From an uncultured beta proteobacterium (GTDB lineage Bacteria; Pseudomonadota; Gammaproteobacteria; Burkholderiales; JACQAP01), in assembly GCA_963789945.1 (NCBI GenBank), contig CAWBMN010000008.1, positions 20,810-84,809 of the forward strand: DNA of 64,000 bases, written 5' to 3'. Positions within the stretch are counted from its first letter, which is position 1, and the number at the start of each line of letters is the position of its first letter. Under the pieces are notes generated by a model that was not told where the DNA came from, did not search any database, and worked only from the letters and a program-made list of their open reading frames with translations. Position numbers and translations under genes: made by a program. This document shows, piece by piece, positions 48,999 to 59,556 of this stretch.

Positions 48999-50546
48999 CT
49001 ACTGGACGACGTCCAATCGGACGGCGCCATTAGTTACGAAGAGCGCTCGTACCGCCGTGTCGTCGAGCGCGACGCCTATTAACCGAAGGTCGGAAACAGT
49101 GCCGGTCAGACGGACAGTGGATTGGGTCTGATTCAGCGCGGCGGTCAGGCGAACCGTCAGATCGTCGATGCGGCTGCCGAGGTCCCAATGCAAGGACGAT
49201 GCGATGCGTTCCCTGATCTGTGATTGACCGATCCAGTCATATTCGCCCACAAGTACGTTGCGAGTATCCTGCGTGTAGTCGAAATTGTCGATCCGTAGCT
49301 CGCGGGAGTTGGGGTCATACGAAGGTATACCCTGCGCGTAGATTCTCCCCGCGACGTCACCGTCTACGTCGATCGCAGCAACGATATTTTCACTCGACGG
49401 ATACAGCGATATGTTCCTAACGCGAAGCGTATGCCCCACCACGGGCAATGTCTTCCCGACAAGCTCTCGCCGCACGCGATTCTCAAGTTCAGTAAACAGA
49501 ACGCCGACTGGCACGGCAACATGGAATCCTTGGTCGGTGCTTTTGGAAGTGCCCAGTGGCGGCAAGTCCGGTCCAACCACGGCTGGCGACACCGATTCGA
49601 GGACTCGGGGCCGAGCAGCGATATTCACAGTAAAGGCTAACTGCGCGCCGCTACTTTGCAGAGTCGAGACGCTCGCGGATTGCGGATCGATCTGTAGCCA
49701 CAGGTGATGCTCCGCGTCAATTGGAATTGGATTGCGCAACATGTCCCACGCTCTCGCGGCAAGACTACGAAGGTCACCGTGCTCCACAACAAATCGGTCC
49801 AAGTCCTTCGCTGATGCGTTCAACGGTCCGCGAATCACACTCACCGCTTGATCCGTTACGTCCTGAGTCTCCAAGCCGCCGGGAGAGATAATGCAACGGT
49901 CTCCGGGGGCAGCATCTACCGCAAACTTCGATATCACTCGCCACTCAGGAGTGAGCACAATCGGGCTATCAATTACTATTGGAATCGTGCGACGTGACGC
50001 ATTTTCATTGTCCTTGTGTCGGTTGCACCAAGGCTCGCCCTGACAGCCACAGCTGGCAGTCCACCAAGCATCAAATGCTACTCTGACTCGCAGCGCGTAC
50101 CGAATGGTGGTAACAACCCGCAGGTCCGATCCACTGAGCGCCACCTTAAATGGGTCGCGCTCGACGCGGTACCGCAGCTCTGTATGTGGATCGTCGTTGA
50201 CCTTTAGCCACCACTTAGAGTCCTCAGGTGGACCGTCATTTGCACCCCGCCCCGGCCCAAACATGTTCGCCCGCTTTGGCACCACCGACTCCAACGCCGT
50301 CACAGCAGGGCCAATGTCGAGGTGAACCGAAAGCGAGATACTCGACATCTCCGGAGCGGACAATTCGACTCCGCTATTACTCACCGGTGCTGAAATGGGC
50401 GGGAGATGCCGCACGGACATCTCCGGAGCGGACAATTCGACTCCGCTATTACTCACCGGTGCTGAAATGGGCGGGAGCTGCCGCACGCTGCAAGCTATTG
50501 TCGCAAGACTGAACGCGGTCACCGCTACAAAAGTAGGTACCGTCAT
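48999..50546 (-). CDS. DUF4403-like lipoprotein
   Basis: Lipobox-like LATIAC; AWDML..PI, LWLQIDP, GRIY..G.P.YD; lower GC than the flanks. Confidence 0.7.
   Translation of the reverse strand: MTVPTFVAVTAFSLATIACSVRQLPPISAPVSNSGVELSAPEMSVRHLPPISAPVSNSGVELSAPEMSSISLSVHLDIGPAVTALESVVPKRANMFGPGRGANDGPPEDSKWWLKVNDDPHTELRYRVERDPFKVALSGSDLRVVTTIRYALRVRVAFDAWWTASCGCQGEPWCNRHKDNENASRRTIPIVIDSPIVLTPEWRVISKFAVDAAPGDRCIISPGGLETQDVTDQAVSVIRGPLNASAKDLDRFVVEHGDLRSLAARAWDMLRNPIPIDAEHHLWLQIDPQSASVSTLQSSGAQLAFTVNIAARPRVLESVSPAVVGPDLPPLGTSKSTDQGFHVAVPVGVLFTELENRVRRELVGKTLPVVGHTLRVRNISLYPSSENIVAAIDVDGDVAGRIYAQGIPSYDPNSRELRIDNFDYTQDTRNVLVGEYDWIGQSQIRERIASSLHWDLGSRIDDLTVRLTAALNQTQSTVRLTGTVSDLRLIGVALDDTAVRALFVTNGAVRLDVVQ
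50344..50487. repeat. In-frame 72-nt tandem duplication
   Basis: Two near-identical copies encoding VR(Q/H)LPPISAPVSNSGVELSAPEMS. Confidence 0.92.
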
Positions 50547-50640
50547 GAACGGTGTTCTCAATCGCTTGCCTGTCTTCCATAGTGCCGCCTCAGCTCCCGC
50601 AATCGGGAAAGTGTTGCACGTTTGCGTGGCCCGAGGGAGT

Positions 50641-50809
50641 CTTCATGATCTCCGGACGGGAGATCAGCCGGCGCGCACGCTTTGAGGCCCGGAATCTCTG
50701 GAAGTTATAGGATGCGCTTATGGCCTGAACACGTGACTCTGAGAGCAAGTGTGGCCTCTCTATTCTTGCGCTTGAATCAGAAAATCAGAGCCTTGCGGCG
50801 GTCCGACCC
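50641..50809. repeat. ~165-bp dispersed repeat (MITE/REP-like), copy 1
   Basis: TTCATGATCT..AGATCAGCC..GCGCACGCTTT...CTTGAATCAG...CTTGC..CGGTCCGACCC; similar to 57215-57383 and 58642-58800. Confidence 0.78.
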
Positions 50810-50943
50810 GATAAGCGAATTACCCGATCGGCATTCCGTCATCGATTTCGCAGCGTTGAACGTTATGTGGCTTCGGCATCAGAGCCGATACATAGCGTGA
50901 TTCCACCCTTGATAGGGTCAATCCAGTCTGAAGGAGAAAGCAA

Positions 50944-51240
50944 ATGAATGACAACATCGAATCGGCGCGCCGTCGAATGCTCAAGTTAGGAGGCGCGGCC
51001 CTTGCCATGGTTCCGCTCACGGCTCTCATTGGCAGGACATACGCTGCGACCAACGCGGCGATGCGTGCCGCTTTCAAGTATCAGGACAAGCCTGATGGCG
51101 ACAAGGCCTGTCGCGGCTGTGTTCAATTTGTCCCGGGAAAGACGGCCAAGGCATTGGGAGGTTGCAAGATATACCCCGGTGATACGGAAATTTCTCCCAA
51201 TGGCTACTGCACTGCGTGGGTTGCTACCCCGAAAAAATAA
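50944..51240 (+). CDS. High-potential iron-sulfur protein (HiPIP)
   Basis: Tat leader ARRRMLK; YQDKP..CRGCVQF..GGC..ISPNGYCTAW. Confidence 0.9.
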   Translation: MNDNIESARRRMLKLGGAALAMVPLTALIGRTYAATNAAMRAAFKYQDKPDGDKACRGCVQFVPGKTAKALGGCKIYPGDTEISPNGYCTAWVATPKK

Positions 51241-51363
51241 TCTGCTCCGGAAATAACCCTTAGGTGCCGATTCAGTAAGGCAGAGCATTGCTTTGCTTTT
51301 GGGCCAATCTGGAATCATCGGTGAAAAATCGATCTCCGACCGACACTGATCGACCATGGTCGC

Positions 51364-51609
51364 TTAGCCTCGATCAAAAAACAGCCCTGCGCACAGGGCA
51401 GCTCCAGCAACGTACAGCAACCAGGTCTGCGAGATAGCATAGGGGTAGAGCATCAGCGCGACGCCGAGCCACTTGGTCGTATTACGCTGAGCTTTCTTGC
51501 CGTATCGATAGGCGGCGAAGCCGATTATGCCGAAAACGACGGCGCCAAAAATATAAGCCGGGCTGGGCAAGGTGAGGCCGAGAGACTGCAAATCCTGCAA
51601 GTTGTCCAT
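51364..51609 (-). CDS. Small membrane protein
   Basis: Three hydrophobic segments; FGIIG..YRYGKK, LMLYPY. Confidence 0.7.
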   Translation of the reverse strand: MDNLQDLQSLGLTLPSPAYIFGAVVFGIIGFAAYRYGKKAQRNTTKWLGVALMLYPYAISQTWLLYVAGAALCAGLFFDRG

Positions 51610-51685
51610 AGGGTCGTGTCAGCAAGGCTCTGCTAGATTGATTGATGCTGATCCAAGTCGGACCCGGTCAGTACATTTGCCGCTA

Positions 51686-51748
51686 AAGGGACGGGTCAAT
51701 TTTCGATTTTAGATCAGCTTCTTCGTCTGAAAAATAAATCCGCCCCTT
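51686..51748. repeat. REP-like inverted pair
   Basis: AAGGGACGGGTCAATTTTC ... GAAAAATAAATCCGCCCCTT imperfect inverted repeat. Confidence 0.5.
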
Positions 51749-51850
51749 CCGGCACGGCCGCAAGGCCCCAATTATCGCGCTCCTTGAATTGCTCAGAATT
51801 TCTCCCAGGCCGTATCATCCGGAACGGGGCAGTGAGAACGGGGGCGGCAT

Positions 51851-53086
51851 ATGTTCGCATGGCTGAAAGAGCTGGATGGCCGGGAGCGCAAGACGCTGAT
51901 CGCCGCGGCCGGGGGTTGGGCGACCGACTCGGTCGATGTCATGGTCTTCACTTTTGTCGTGCCTACCCTGATTGCGGTGTGGGGCATGTCGAAGATCGAA
52001 GCGGGCTGGATCACCACTGCGACGGTCATCAGTTCGGCGATCGGCGGCTGGCTGGCAGGCGTTCTGGCGGACCGATACGGCCGTGTGCGCATTCTTCAGT
52101 TGACCATCGCCTGGTTCGCGTTTTTTACCTTCCTCTGCGGATTCACGAATTCTTTCGAACAGTTGCTGGTCACGCGCTCGCTGCAAGGCCTGGGATTCGG
52201 CGGCGAGTGGGCGGTCGGTTCGGTGCTGATCGGGGAAATGATCCGCCCGCAGCACCGCGGCAAGGCTGTGGGCACGATGCAAAGTGGATGGGCGGTGGGC
52301 TGGGGTGTGGCGAACCTGCTTTACCTGTTGTTGTATTCCGTGCTGCCGGAACATCTGGCGTGGCGGGCATTGTTCTGGGCCGGGATTCTTCCGGCACTGC
52401 TGGTGCTCTACATCCGGCGCAACGTGCAGGAACCGGAGGTCTATAACGCGACCAGAACCAAGGCGAAGGAACGCGGCAGCCACTTCCTGGAAATCTTTTC
52501 GCCCGGATTGTTGAAGACCACGGTGCTCACCAGCCTGATGATCACCGGCATGATGGCCGGTTACTTCGCGGTGTTTTTCTGGTTGCCGACGTTCCTGAAA
52601 ACCGAGCGCGGATTGTCGGTATTGAACACCGGTTTGTATACCTTTGTGGTGATCTTCGGCTCTTTCGTCGGTTACCTGGCGGCGGCCTATGCGTCCGATC
52701 ATTTGGGACGCAAGAATACTTTCTTCCTGTTTGCAGCGGGCTCGGCGGTCATCGCCATCCTGTACACGCAGATTCCGATCAGCGATACGCTGATGCTGTT
52801 CCTCGGATTCCCGCTCGGCTTCTTCGTTTCGGGCAATTTCAGCGGATGCGGCCCTTTCCTGACCGAACTGTACCCGAGCCGCGTGCGCGGTTCGGGCCAG
52901 GGGTTCGTGTACAACTTCGGGCGCGGCATGAGCGCCTTTTCGACGCCGTTGGTCGGTTACCTGAGCAGCACCATCACGTTGGGCAAAGCCATCGGAATGG
53001 TGGCGATTGTCGGCTTTGCGGTGGTGATTCTGGTTGTGGCGCTTCTGCCGGAAACCCGCGGCAAGACGCTGGTGGTCTACGACTGA
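51851..53086 (+). CDS. MFS transporter
   Basis: GVLADRYGR, GFGGEW, SDHLGRK, LPETRGK. Confidence 0.92.
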   Translation: MFAWLKELDGRERKTLIAAAGGWATDSVDVMVFTFVVPTLIAVWGMSKIEAGWITTATVISSAIGGWLAGVLADRYGRVRILQLTIAWFAFFTFLCGFTNSFEQLLVTRSLQGLGFGGEWAVGSVLIGEMIRPQHRGKAVGTMQSGWAVGWGVANLLYLLLYSVLPEHLAWRALFWAGILPALLVLYIRRNVQEPEVYNATRTKAKERGSHFLEIFSPGLLKTTVLTSLMITGMMAGYFAVFFWLPTFLKTERGLSVLNTGLYTFVVIFGSFVGYLAAAYASDHLGRKNTFFLFAAGSAVIAILYTQIPISDTLMLFLGFPLGFFVSGNFSGCGPFLTELYPSRVRGSGQGFVYNFGRGMSAFSTPLVGYLSSTITLGKAIGMVAIVGFAVVILVVALLPETRGKTLVVYD

Positions 53087-53099
53087 AAGGCCGCTCATC

Positions 53100-53912
53100 G
53101 TGCCCATGATCGAGACCGGATCCGGTGCGCTCTATTACGACCTGTGCGACGTGGTGCCGGCGTGGGTCGACAACCCGCAGACGATTGTTTTCCATCACGG
53201 CATTGCGGCCAACACGCACATCTGGGCGGAATGGCTGCCGGTGCTCGCCACCCGTTACCGGCTGTTGCGGTTCGACATGCGCGGATTCGGCAAATCGGTG
53301 CAGCCGCAACGCGATTATCGTTGGTCGTTCGATGGGCTGGTGGCTGACTTACTGAAAGTGGCCGATGCGGCAGGCGCCGAGCGCTTCCATCTGGTGGGCG
53401 AGTCGATAGGCGGCACGGTGGCGCTCGCCTGCGCGCTTGCTGCACCGCGCCGACTGCTGAGCCTCACGCTTTCCAACGCCGCCGCGCGCGGCGGGCTGGT
53501 CGCCAACGTCAAAGGCTGGCGCGACGTTCTCGCGCAGGAAGGTCAACCAGGCTGGGCGAGGCAACTGATGGAATCGCGTTTCCATCCCGGCGCGCTCGAT
53601 CCCAAGTTGCACGCCTGGTATCTGCGGGTGCACGAGACCTGTTCGATGGACGCAACGCTCGGCTTGGCGGATTTGCTGCTCGGCGCGGACCTGACGCCAC
53701 GATTGGGCGAAATTACCGTACCGACCCTTTTGTTCAGTCCGCAATCCAGCCCCTTCATCCCGCTGGAAGTGATGGCGGCGATGCGCGCGGCGATTCCCGG
53801 CGCCGAGTTGCAGGTCTTCGCCCATTCCAAACACGGGCTGCCGCTGTCTCACGGCCGCGCTTGCGCCGAAACGTTGGCCGCGTTTCTGGCGCGCCGCTGC
53901 GTGCCCCGCTGA
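53100..53912 (+). CDS. Alpha/beta hydrolase
   Basis: FHHG, DMRGFG.S, GESIGG, C-terminal HG. Confidence 0.85.
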   Translation: MPMIETGSGALYYDLCDVVPAWVDNPQTIVFHHGIAANTHIWAEWLPVLATRYRLLRFDMRGFGKSVQPQRDYRWSFDGLVADLLKVADAAGAERFHLVGESIGGTVALACALAAPRRLLSLTLSNAAARGGLVANVKGWRDVLAQEGQPGWARQLMESRFHPGALDPKLHAWYLRVHETCSMDATLGLADLLLGADLTPRLGEITVPTLLFSPQSSPFIPLEVMAAMRAAIPGAELQVFAHSKHGLPLSHGRACAETLAAFLARRCVPR

Positions 53913-53980
53913 TCGAGGAGTGCCACGCGAACTTCGAATGCCGGCTCTACGACCGCAGCCAGTGAGCTGGCCCGGATTTC

Positions 53981-55097
53981 TCACTTGATGTGTTTGACCA
54001 ATTGCCTCGGTCCGACTTCCCCGCCATACACATTGCCCTTCGCATCCACCGCCAAACCCTCCGCCGCGCTGGTTCCTTCCATCTCCAGCGGATCGGGGAT
54101 ACGGTACAGGACACGGCCGTCCTTCAGGCTTCCGATTCGAATTCCCCTCTTCCAACCGGGGTGGGCTGCGAAGGGAAGTCCGTTCGATTCGGAGTCCGCG
54201 ACATAGATCATGTCGTCGCGTATGTAGATGCCGCTTGGACGGCTGAACTGCGCCCATTCGGCAATGAACTTGCCGTCCTGATCGAGAATCTGGATACGCA
54301 TGTTCCCCCGATCGGCGACGAATAGCCGTCCTTGAGAATCCAGGGCGATATCGTGAGGCGTCTTGAATTCGCCTGGCGCCGATCCCCACCGGCCAAATGA
54401 TTTGACGAACTTGCCGTCCTTCGTGAATTTCGAGATGCGCCCGACACTATCCGGACCGGCGCCGGGGTACTGCCCCGCATGGCCTTCGGCGATGAAGATG
54501 TCGCCGTTGCGTGCGGTCACGACGCTGCACGGTTCGGTCAGGGCAAGCGGCGGATTTCCCGCTACACCTGCAGTGCCGATGGTCAATAGCACCTTGCCAT
54601 CCGGGCTGAATTTGACCACGACATGGCCCTTCGGCTTTTCATCCGGGTGTCTTCTTGCGCTCCCGGTCGTTGGCGCTTCTGCCGTCGACGACCCAGATAT
54701 TGCCGTCCGCATCCACATAAATCTTGTGCGGGAAAATGAACAAGCCGGCGCCAAAACTCTTCAGAAGTTTTCCGGAAGAATCGAACTTCATGACCGGCGC
54801 GACGGTGGAACCGGCGCAGCTGTCGTACGCAAACGGGGATTCTCCAGGGGGGATGTCCGGATTCGCGCCGCACCGGTTTGCGACCCAGACGGATTCTCCG
54901 TCGTTGTCGATCGCGACCGCGTTCAAGGCTCCCCATGTCCTCCCCTCGGGAAGATCTCCCCACGGTGCAATGGTCTGGTAAGGGTTGGGAAGATCATTCG
55001 TCGGCTGGGGATCGCCCTCCCCGTATGCGCTGCCGCCGCACAGCGTCATTACGGCGACCATCACGATCAGTGACATCGATTGTTCCTTGGCCGGCAT
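53981..55097 (-). pseudogene. Secreted NHL-repeat (peptidylglycine lyase-like) protein with a frameshift near 54645
   Basis: N-part (PNPY..W..LPEGRTWG, FIFPH) and C-part (GHVVVKFSPDGK, FKTPH, VADRGN.RIQ) lie in different frames. Confidence 0.8.
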
Positions 55098-55402
55098 GAG
55101 CTTGCTCCTCGAAAAGATCGCGTTTTTGCGACGTTCGCTCTTGGGTTTCGTAGCGCGCAGTAGCGATTATGCGCACTGGAGGCCAGGCCAGACACCATTT
55201 CCCACCGACCCTATTTGCTCGCTGCCGTATGTGGGCCCTACCGTCGCTTGGGAGTGACAACCCTCCACCTCTGATACGGGCTAAGTATCTGTTTCCAGAT
55301 GCAGGTAAGGCGAATGGCATGATACGTGCGGTTGACACACAGGCGCGAGGTATTTCCCCCGTGCCGCGCCTGGGTAATTCAAGTGAAAATCGAGCACCGA
55401 TC

Positions 55403-56149
55403 ATGCGAATGAACACCACCCTCGTAATCAATCCAAAGGGCGGGTCGGGCAAGACTACCGTCACGACCAGTCTCGCCAGCTATTTTGCCGCCAGGTCGGT
55501 GCCCGTAACGGTCATGGATTACGACCCCCAGGGATCGAGCCTCAACTGGCTACGTCTGCGCGATTCGTTTCGGAACCGGATTTACGCCGCCAATGCCGCG
55601 CCCCAGAGAGGCAACCGGTTGCGCGGGATTGAGATGCATGTGCCACCAGACACGCGACAACTCATTATCGACGCGCCGGCGGGCGCTTCCGGCCTTTTAA
55701 TCCAGGAGATGCTTGCCCGGGCGGACTGCATCGTGGTCCCGGTCGCGCCTTCGGCAATCGATATTCATGCCACCGCCAACTTCATTCGGGAATTGCTGCT
55801 TGCGGGCCGCATCCGGATGCGCAATATCCGCCTGGGGGTGGTCGCCAACAAGGTTCGCAATTCCATGCCGACCTACGAACCGCTCGAGCGCTTTCTCAAA
55901 TCTCTCAGTTTGCCGCTGCTGAGCCGCCTTCGCGATTCCGACGTCTATCTCCAGGCCGTGGAATCCGGATTGGGGCTCTTCGAAATGGACGAGGCGACAT
56001 CGAAATCCGAGCGCGAGCAATTCCGGCCCGTTGCCGAATGGGTGGAAGGTCCGCAGTCGCAGCTGAAGTCGCAGCAGATCGGGGCCGACCGAAAAATCAT
56101 CCAACTGCCCAGCCACCCACGCCTGCTTGCCGGCGTGGGATCGAATTGA
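55403..56149 (+). CDS. Orphan ParA/MinD family ATPase
   Basis: Deviant Walker A NPKGGSGKTT, DYDPQGS, IIDAPA; no parB nearby. Confidence 0.88.
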   Translation: MRMNTTLVINPKGGSGKTTVTTSLASYFAARSVPVTVMDYDPQGSSLNWLRLRDSFRNRIYAANAAPQRGNRLRGIEMHVPPDTRQLIIDAPAGASGLLIQEMLARADCIVVPVAPSAIDIHATANFIRELLLAGRIRMRNIRLGVVANKVRNSMPTYEPLERFLKSLSLPLLSRLRDSDVYLQAVESGLGLFEMDEATSKSEREQFRPVAEWVEGPQSQLKSQQIGADRKIIQLPSHPRLLAGVGSN

Positions 56150-56214
56150 AAAATCGACTGACCCCGTTCAGCACGATAATCACGACGTCACGGGCTTTCA
56201 CGACAGTCACGTAG

Positions 56215-57048
56215 TCACGGCACTTCGAACGGCTCTAGCGCGCGAATCGCCGCGAGCAATGCAGCGTCGAACGCATCGGGCTCTGCGCGCTCCGCCCCGC
56301 ACATTGCATCCAGCCCGGAGCGGATGTCTTTTTCCAGAATTCCGATCGTATTGTTGGCTTCGTAACCCTCGCGCGACCAGTCGATGTCGTGGAAGTGGTC
56401 GCCGAACCAGGTCGATCCGGAACTGGCCTTCATGACTGATCGCAGCGCTTCCAGGTCCACGCCCAACTCGCGGGCGCGGGCGTAGGCACGGCGCACGGCT
56501 ACGACGGAGGCGCTGGCCACGTAATTGTTCAGAACCTTTGCCGTCATGCCAGCGCCAAGGGGCCCGAGTCTGAACACATGCTGACCCATGGCCTGGAATA
56601 GGGGCGTCAACCGGTCCAGAGCGTCATCGGGCCCGCCCAGCATGAAGCTGAGCTTGCGCAGACGTGCCGCATGCGGGGCGCCAGACATGGGCGCATCGAT
56701 GAGGGTGACGTCAAGCGGAAGCCGGCTGCGCAACTCCGGCATGAAGCGCGGCGACAAGGTGGAGCTCACGATCAACGTGCCCGGATACTGCGCGCGCGTG
56801 AACAAGGCCTGACGATCGAAGCACAGCTCGCGGCTCTGCGTCACATCCCGAACTACTGAGATGACAACCTGCACGCGACTGGCGAATTCCGTGGGGTCCT
56901 CGAGCATGCGTAACCGGAAGGAACCGAACTCACTGGCGGGACGGACATCGAGCCCCCAGACTTCATAGCCGGCGTGCTGCAACGCCTGTGCCATCGGCAA
57001 TCCCATCGAGCCGCAACCAGCGACACCCACTACCGGGCTCTTGCTCAT
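56215..57048 (-). CDS. NAD(P)-dependent oxidoreductase, 3-hydroxyisobutyrate dehydrogenase family
   Basis: GCGSMGLPMA, DAPMSG, GAGMTAKVLNN, KD. Confidence 0.88.
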   Translation of the reverse strand: MSKSPVVGVAGCGSMGLPMAQALQHAGYEVWGLDVRPASEFGSFRLRMLEDPTEFASRVQVVISVVRDVTQSRELCFDRQALFTRAQYPGTLIVSSTLSPRFMPELRSRLPLDVTLIDAPMSGAPHAARLRKLSFMLGGPDDALDRLTPLFQAMGQHVFRLGPLGAGMTAKVLNNYVASASVVAVRRAYARARELGVDLEALRSVMKASSGSTWFGDHFHDIDWSREGYEANNTIGILEKDIRSGLDAMCGAERAEPDAFDAALLAAIRALEPFEVP

Positions 57049-57214
57049 GTCGAACTTTCGCTCCCCATCGATCGGTCCTGGTCATTGTACGGGGCATGCG
57101 CTGAGGGCCCCAACCGCCAAGGTATTTGCGAAATTCGCTTTGGGAAGTCGTGAAGGCGCATGTCGCGGCATCGCCGAAGTATCCGGAGACAGTTCACTGC
57201 CGGGGCGAGGGGGC

Positions 57215-57383
57215 CTTCATGATCTCTGGACGAGAGATCAGCCAGCGCGCACGCTTTGCGGCGCAGAAGCTCTAGAGCTTAATGCGTGCTTTTCTAGTTT
57301 GAGAACTTGTCTCTAAGAACAAATGTGGGCTCTCGTGCTTGCTCTTGAATCAGATAACCAAAAACTTGCCGCGGTCCGACCCC
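57215..57383. repeat. ~165-bp dispersed repeat, copy 2
   Basis: CTTCATGATCTCTGGACGAGAGATCAGCCAGCGCGCACGCTTT...AAACTTGCCGCGGTCCGACCCC. Confidence 0.78.
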
Positions 57384-57436
57384 GCTGAGGCAGGCCCGTG
57401 CTTCCCCTAGCCCGATCCGCTGGGTCCCTTGCGCTT

Positions 57437-58288
57437 TCAGTCTTCCTCGCCGAAGAATTTCAGGATTTCTTGCACCGCCCATTCCGGCTTCTCTTCCGGA
57501 ATCCAGTGTCCGCAGTCCTCGACGACGCCGCCGCGCACGTTGCTGGCCACGCGCCGCCAGGATTCGAGCGCGAGCATGCCGCGTCCCCGGCCCTTCGCCC
57601 CGCCGTAGCAGAGGATCGGCATCGGCAGCTTGCCCTGCGCGAGGAAGGCCTCGTTGTCCTTCACGTCCTGCGGCGTGGCGCGATAGAGATTGAAACCGGC
57701 GTGCATCGCGCCCGGCTGGCGGTAGCAGCGCAGGTACTCGGCCTGCGCTTCGTGCGGAATCGCGTTCGGCCGCGCGCCCCACACCCTGTAGAAGAAGCCG
57801 AGATAGATGTGCTCACGCCCGGCGGTAAGTTCCTCCGGCAAGTCCGTCTCCCAGTGCAGGCCGTGGTGCCAGCGGTTGTTGAACATCACCGGCGTGCCGT
57901 CGCCCGGCACGGGCACGTCGAAGATCACCATTCGCCGCACCGCCTCGCGATGCTGCGCGGCCAGCGAAAAAGCCGTCGGCCCGCCCCAGTCGTGACCGAC
58001 GACGAAGAACGCTTCTCGCCCGAGCACGTCATGCATGAGACGCCAGACGTCGTTGGCGATGGTCTTCTTGTCGTAGCCGCCTTCCGGTCGGGAGGAATCA
58101 CCAAGACCGCGCAGGTCCGGCGCGACTACGCGGTACTTCTTCGCCAATCCGGGGATGACGTCGCGCCACATGTACCAGGTCTGCGGCCAGCCGTGCAGCA
58201 GAACGACCGCAGGGCCCCTTGCCGGCGGTGAGTAGTGGAGTCGGACGTCGCCGAGGTCGGCGAATTCATGGCGCGGGGATTCGGGCAT
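57437..58288 (-). CDS. Alpha/beta hydrolase (epoxide hydrolase-like)
   Basis: LLHGWPQT, DLRGLGDS, GHDWGG, CGHWIPEE; apparent compensating indels near 58215-58232. Confidence 0.88.
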   Translation of the reverse strand: MPESPRHEFADLGDVRLHYSPPARGPAVVLLHGWPQTWYMWRDVIPGLAKKYRVVAPDLRGLGDSSRPEGGYDKKTIANDVWRLMHDVLGREAFFVVGHDWGGPTAFSLAAQHREAVRRMVIFDVPVPGDGTPVMFNNRWHHGLHWETDLPEELTAGREHIYLGFFYRVWGARPNAIPHEAQAEYLRCYRQPGAMHAGFNLYRATPQDVKDNEAFLAQGKLPMPILCYGGAKGRGRGMLALESWRRVASNVRGGVVEDCGHWIPEEKPEWAVQEILKFFGEED

Positions 58289-58578
58289 GGTCGGTTCGAA
58301 TGGATCGCGGCATCGGTCAGTACGCTGCCTCCCGCGCCCGCGCACCGCGGAGAAGCCGCCACGCCGGTGCGACCACCGGCGCGGCGCAATCATCGCACAC
58401 CGGGGCTACTGCGCTTGTAAGCGACCTACCGAAGTCCGTTGTATGCCGCGTGTGCGTTGCGAAGCATATCTCGGCGGCGACCTGACGATCTGTCTAGAGA
58501 AAAGGCGGCCTTTATGCAATATACCAAGCGCGACCCGGCTCTCGCCCCTCCGTCTGGCTAAGGCCTACACCTAATGCC

Positions 58579-58626
58579 TACACCCAACGCAGAGGCGCAG
58601 AGTACGCAGAGTACGCAGAGAAAAAC
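58579..58626. repeat. Left arm of a CGCAGAG tandem repeat (inverted partner at 62268-62316)
   Basis: TACACCCAACGCAGAGGCGCAGAG is the exact reverse complement of 62293-62316. Confidence 0.82.
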
Positions 58627-58641
58627 AGAAACGTTGGGGTG

Positions 58642-58800
58642 TTCATGATCTGTAGCTGAAATATCAGCCGGCACGCACGCTTCGAGGCGCAGAGAGCTTA
58701 TAGCGTGCTTTTCTGGTCTGAAAACGTGCCTCTAAGCTCAAATCGGGGGTCTTTTTCGTACTCTTAAATCAGAGAATCAGAAACTTGCTGTGGTCCGACC
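58642..58800. repeat. ~165-bp dispersed repeat, copy 3 (a short partial end also lies near 58935-58960)
   Basis: TTCATGATCT..ATCAGCCGGCACGCACGCTT...AAACTTGCTGTGGTCCGACC. Confidence 0.75.
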
Positions 58801-58982
58801 TGACTGAAGGCGGTGCTAAACCTCGACTTCTTCATTCCAACCTCCTGGCTGAAAATGTGCCAGAAAGTTCTACTTCCAAGATGTCCGGTTAATGGGGAAG
58901 CTTACGCTATGACGATAGCCAGATCTCAAAGCACGATCAGAAACTTGCCGCAGTCCGACGCGGTTGGGATCTGGGCCATAGA

Positions 58983-59556
58983 TTACTGTTGCATCCAGTG
59001 ACACGGCAGTTGTGCACCGCTGATATTCGCATGCAGTTGCGCGAACGACGGGCTCTTACACGCTATCGCTGAAGCTTTGCATTTTTCTAACAATCGAACA
59101 CCATCTACTCGCTCAGAGTAGGTCTGATTGTTCTTTCGGAATGCTTTCGACAACCGGCCTTTTCCACCGTTTCCGTCAATGCCAGGTGCCATGTCCACTA
59201 TGAGATCTTCTAGGCAAGAGCTTGCGCATCAGCAATAATCCAATTCGACCATGCGGTCCGCCACATGGGCACAAAGCGGAATAGTCACACCTAGTTGCGT
59301 TACTTTTTCGATTAGGGGCAGCCTCCATATCTGCAGCGGACATTTCACGCTTTTCTCTATCGAGAATTACAATTACCTGTGCCGGCCTATAGGTTACATC
59401 TACTATGGCTTTTATCATGATGGCGAGTCGTTCGATCGCCACATCCTCCCCATTCGAAGGAATCTTTCTAATTACGGACTTCCCCTCACATTGCTTTTGC
59501 AGAAAATCCTTTTCCAAATCCCCCTCTACGATAAAAACCACTTTACCCTTAGGCAT
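58983..59556 (-). pseudogene. TOPRIM-like (DUF4276-type) partner of the ATPase, frameshifted in this sequence
   Basis: MPKGKVVFIVEGDLEK...VILDRE; C-part DG..GK..Y...DG.RL....SPSF in another frame; start overlaps the inferred ATPase stop. Confidence 0.6.

Noticed and set aside
55403-56149. ParA as evidence of a plasmid or prophage
   Set aside because: No parB, rep or phage genes; it resembles orphan chromosomal ParA-like proteins.
50641-58800. 165-bp repeats as integron attC sites
   Set aside because: No RYYYAAC/GTTRRRY boundaries, no consistent single-gene cassette spacing and no intI gene.
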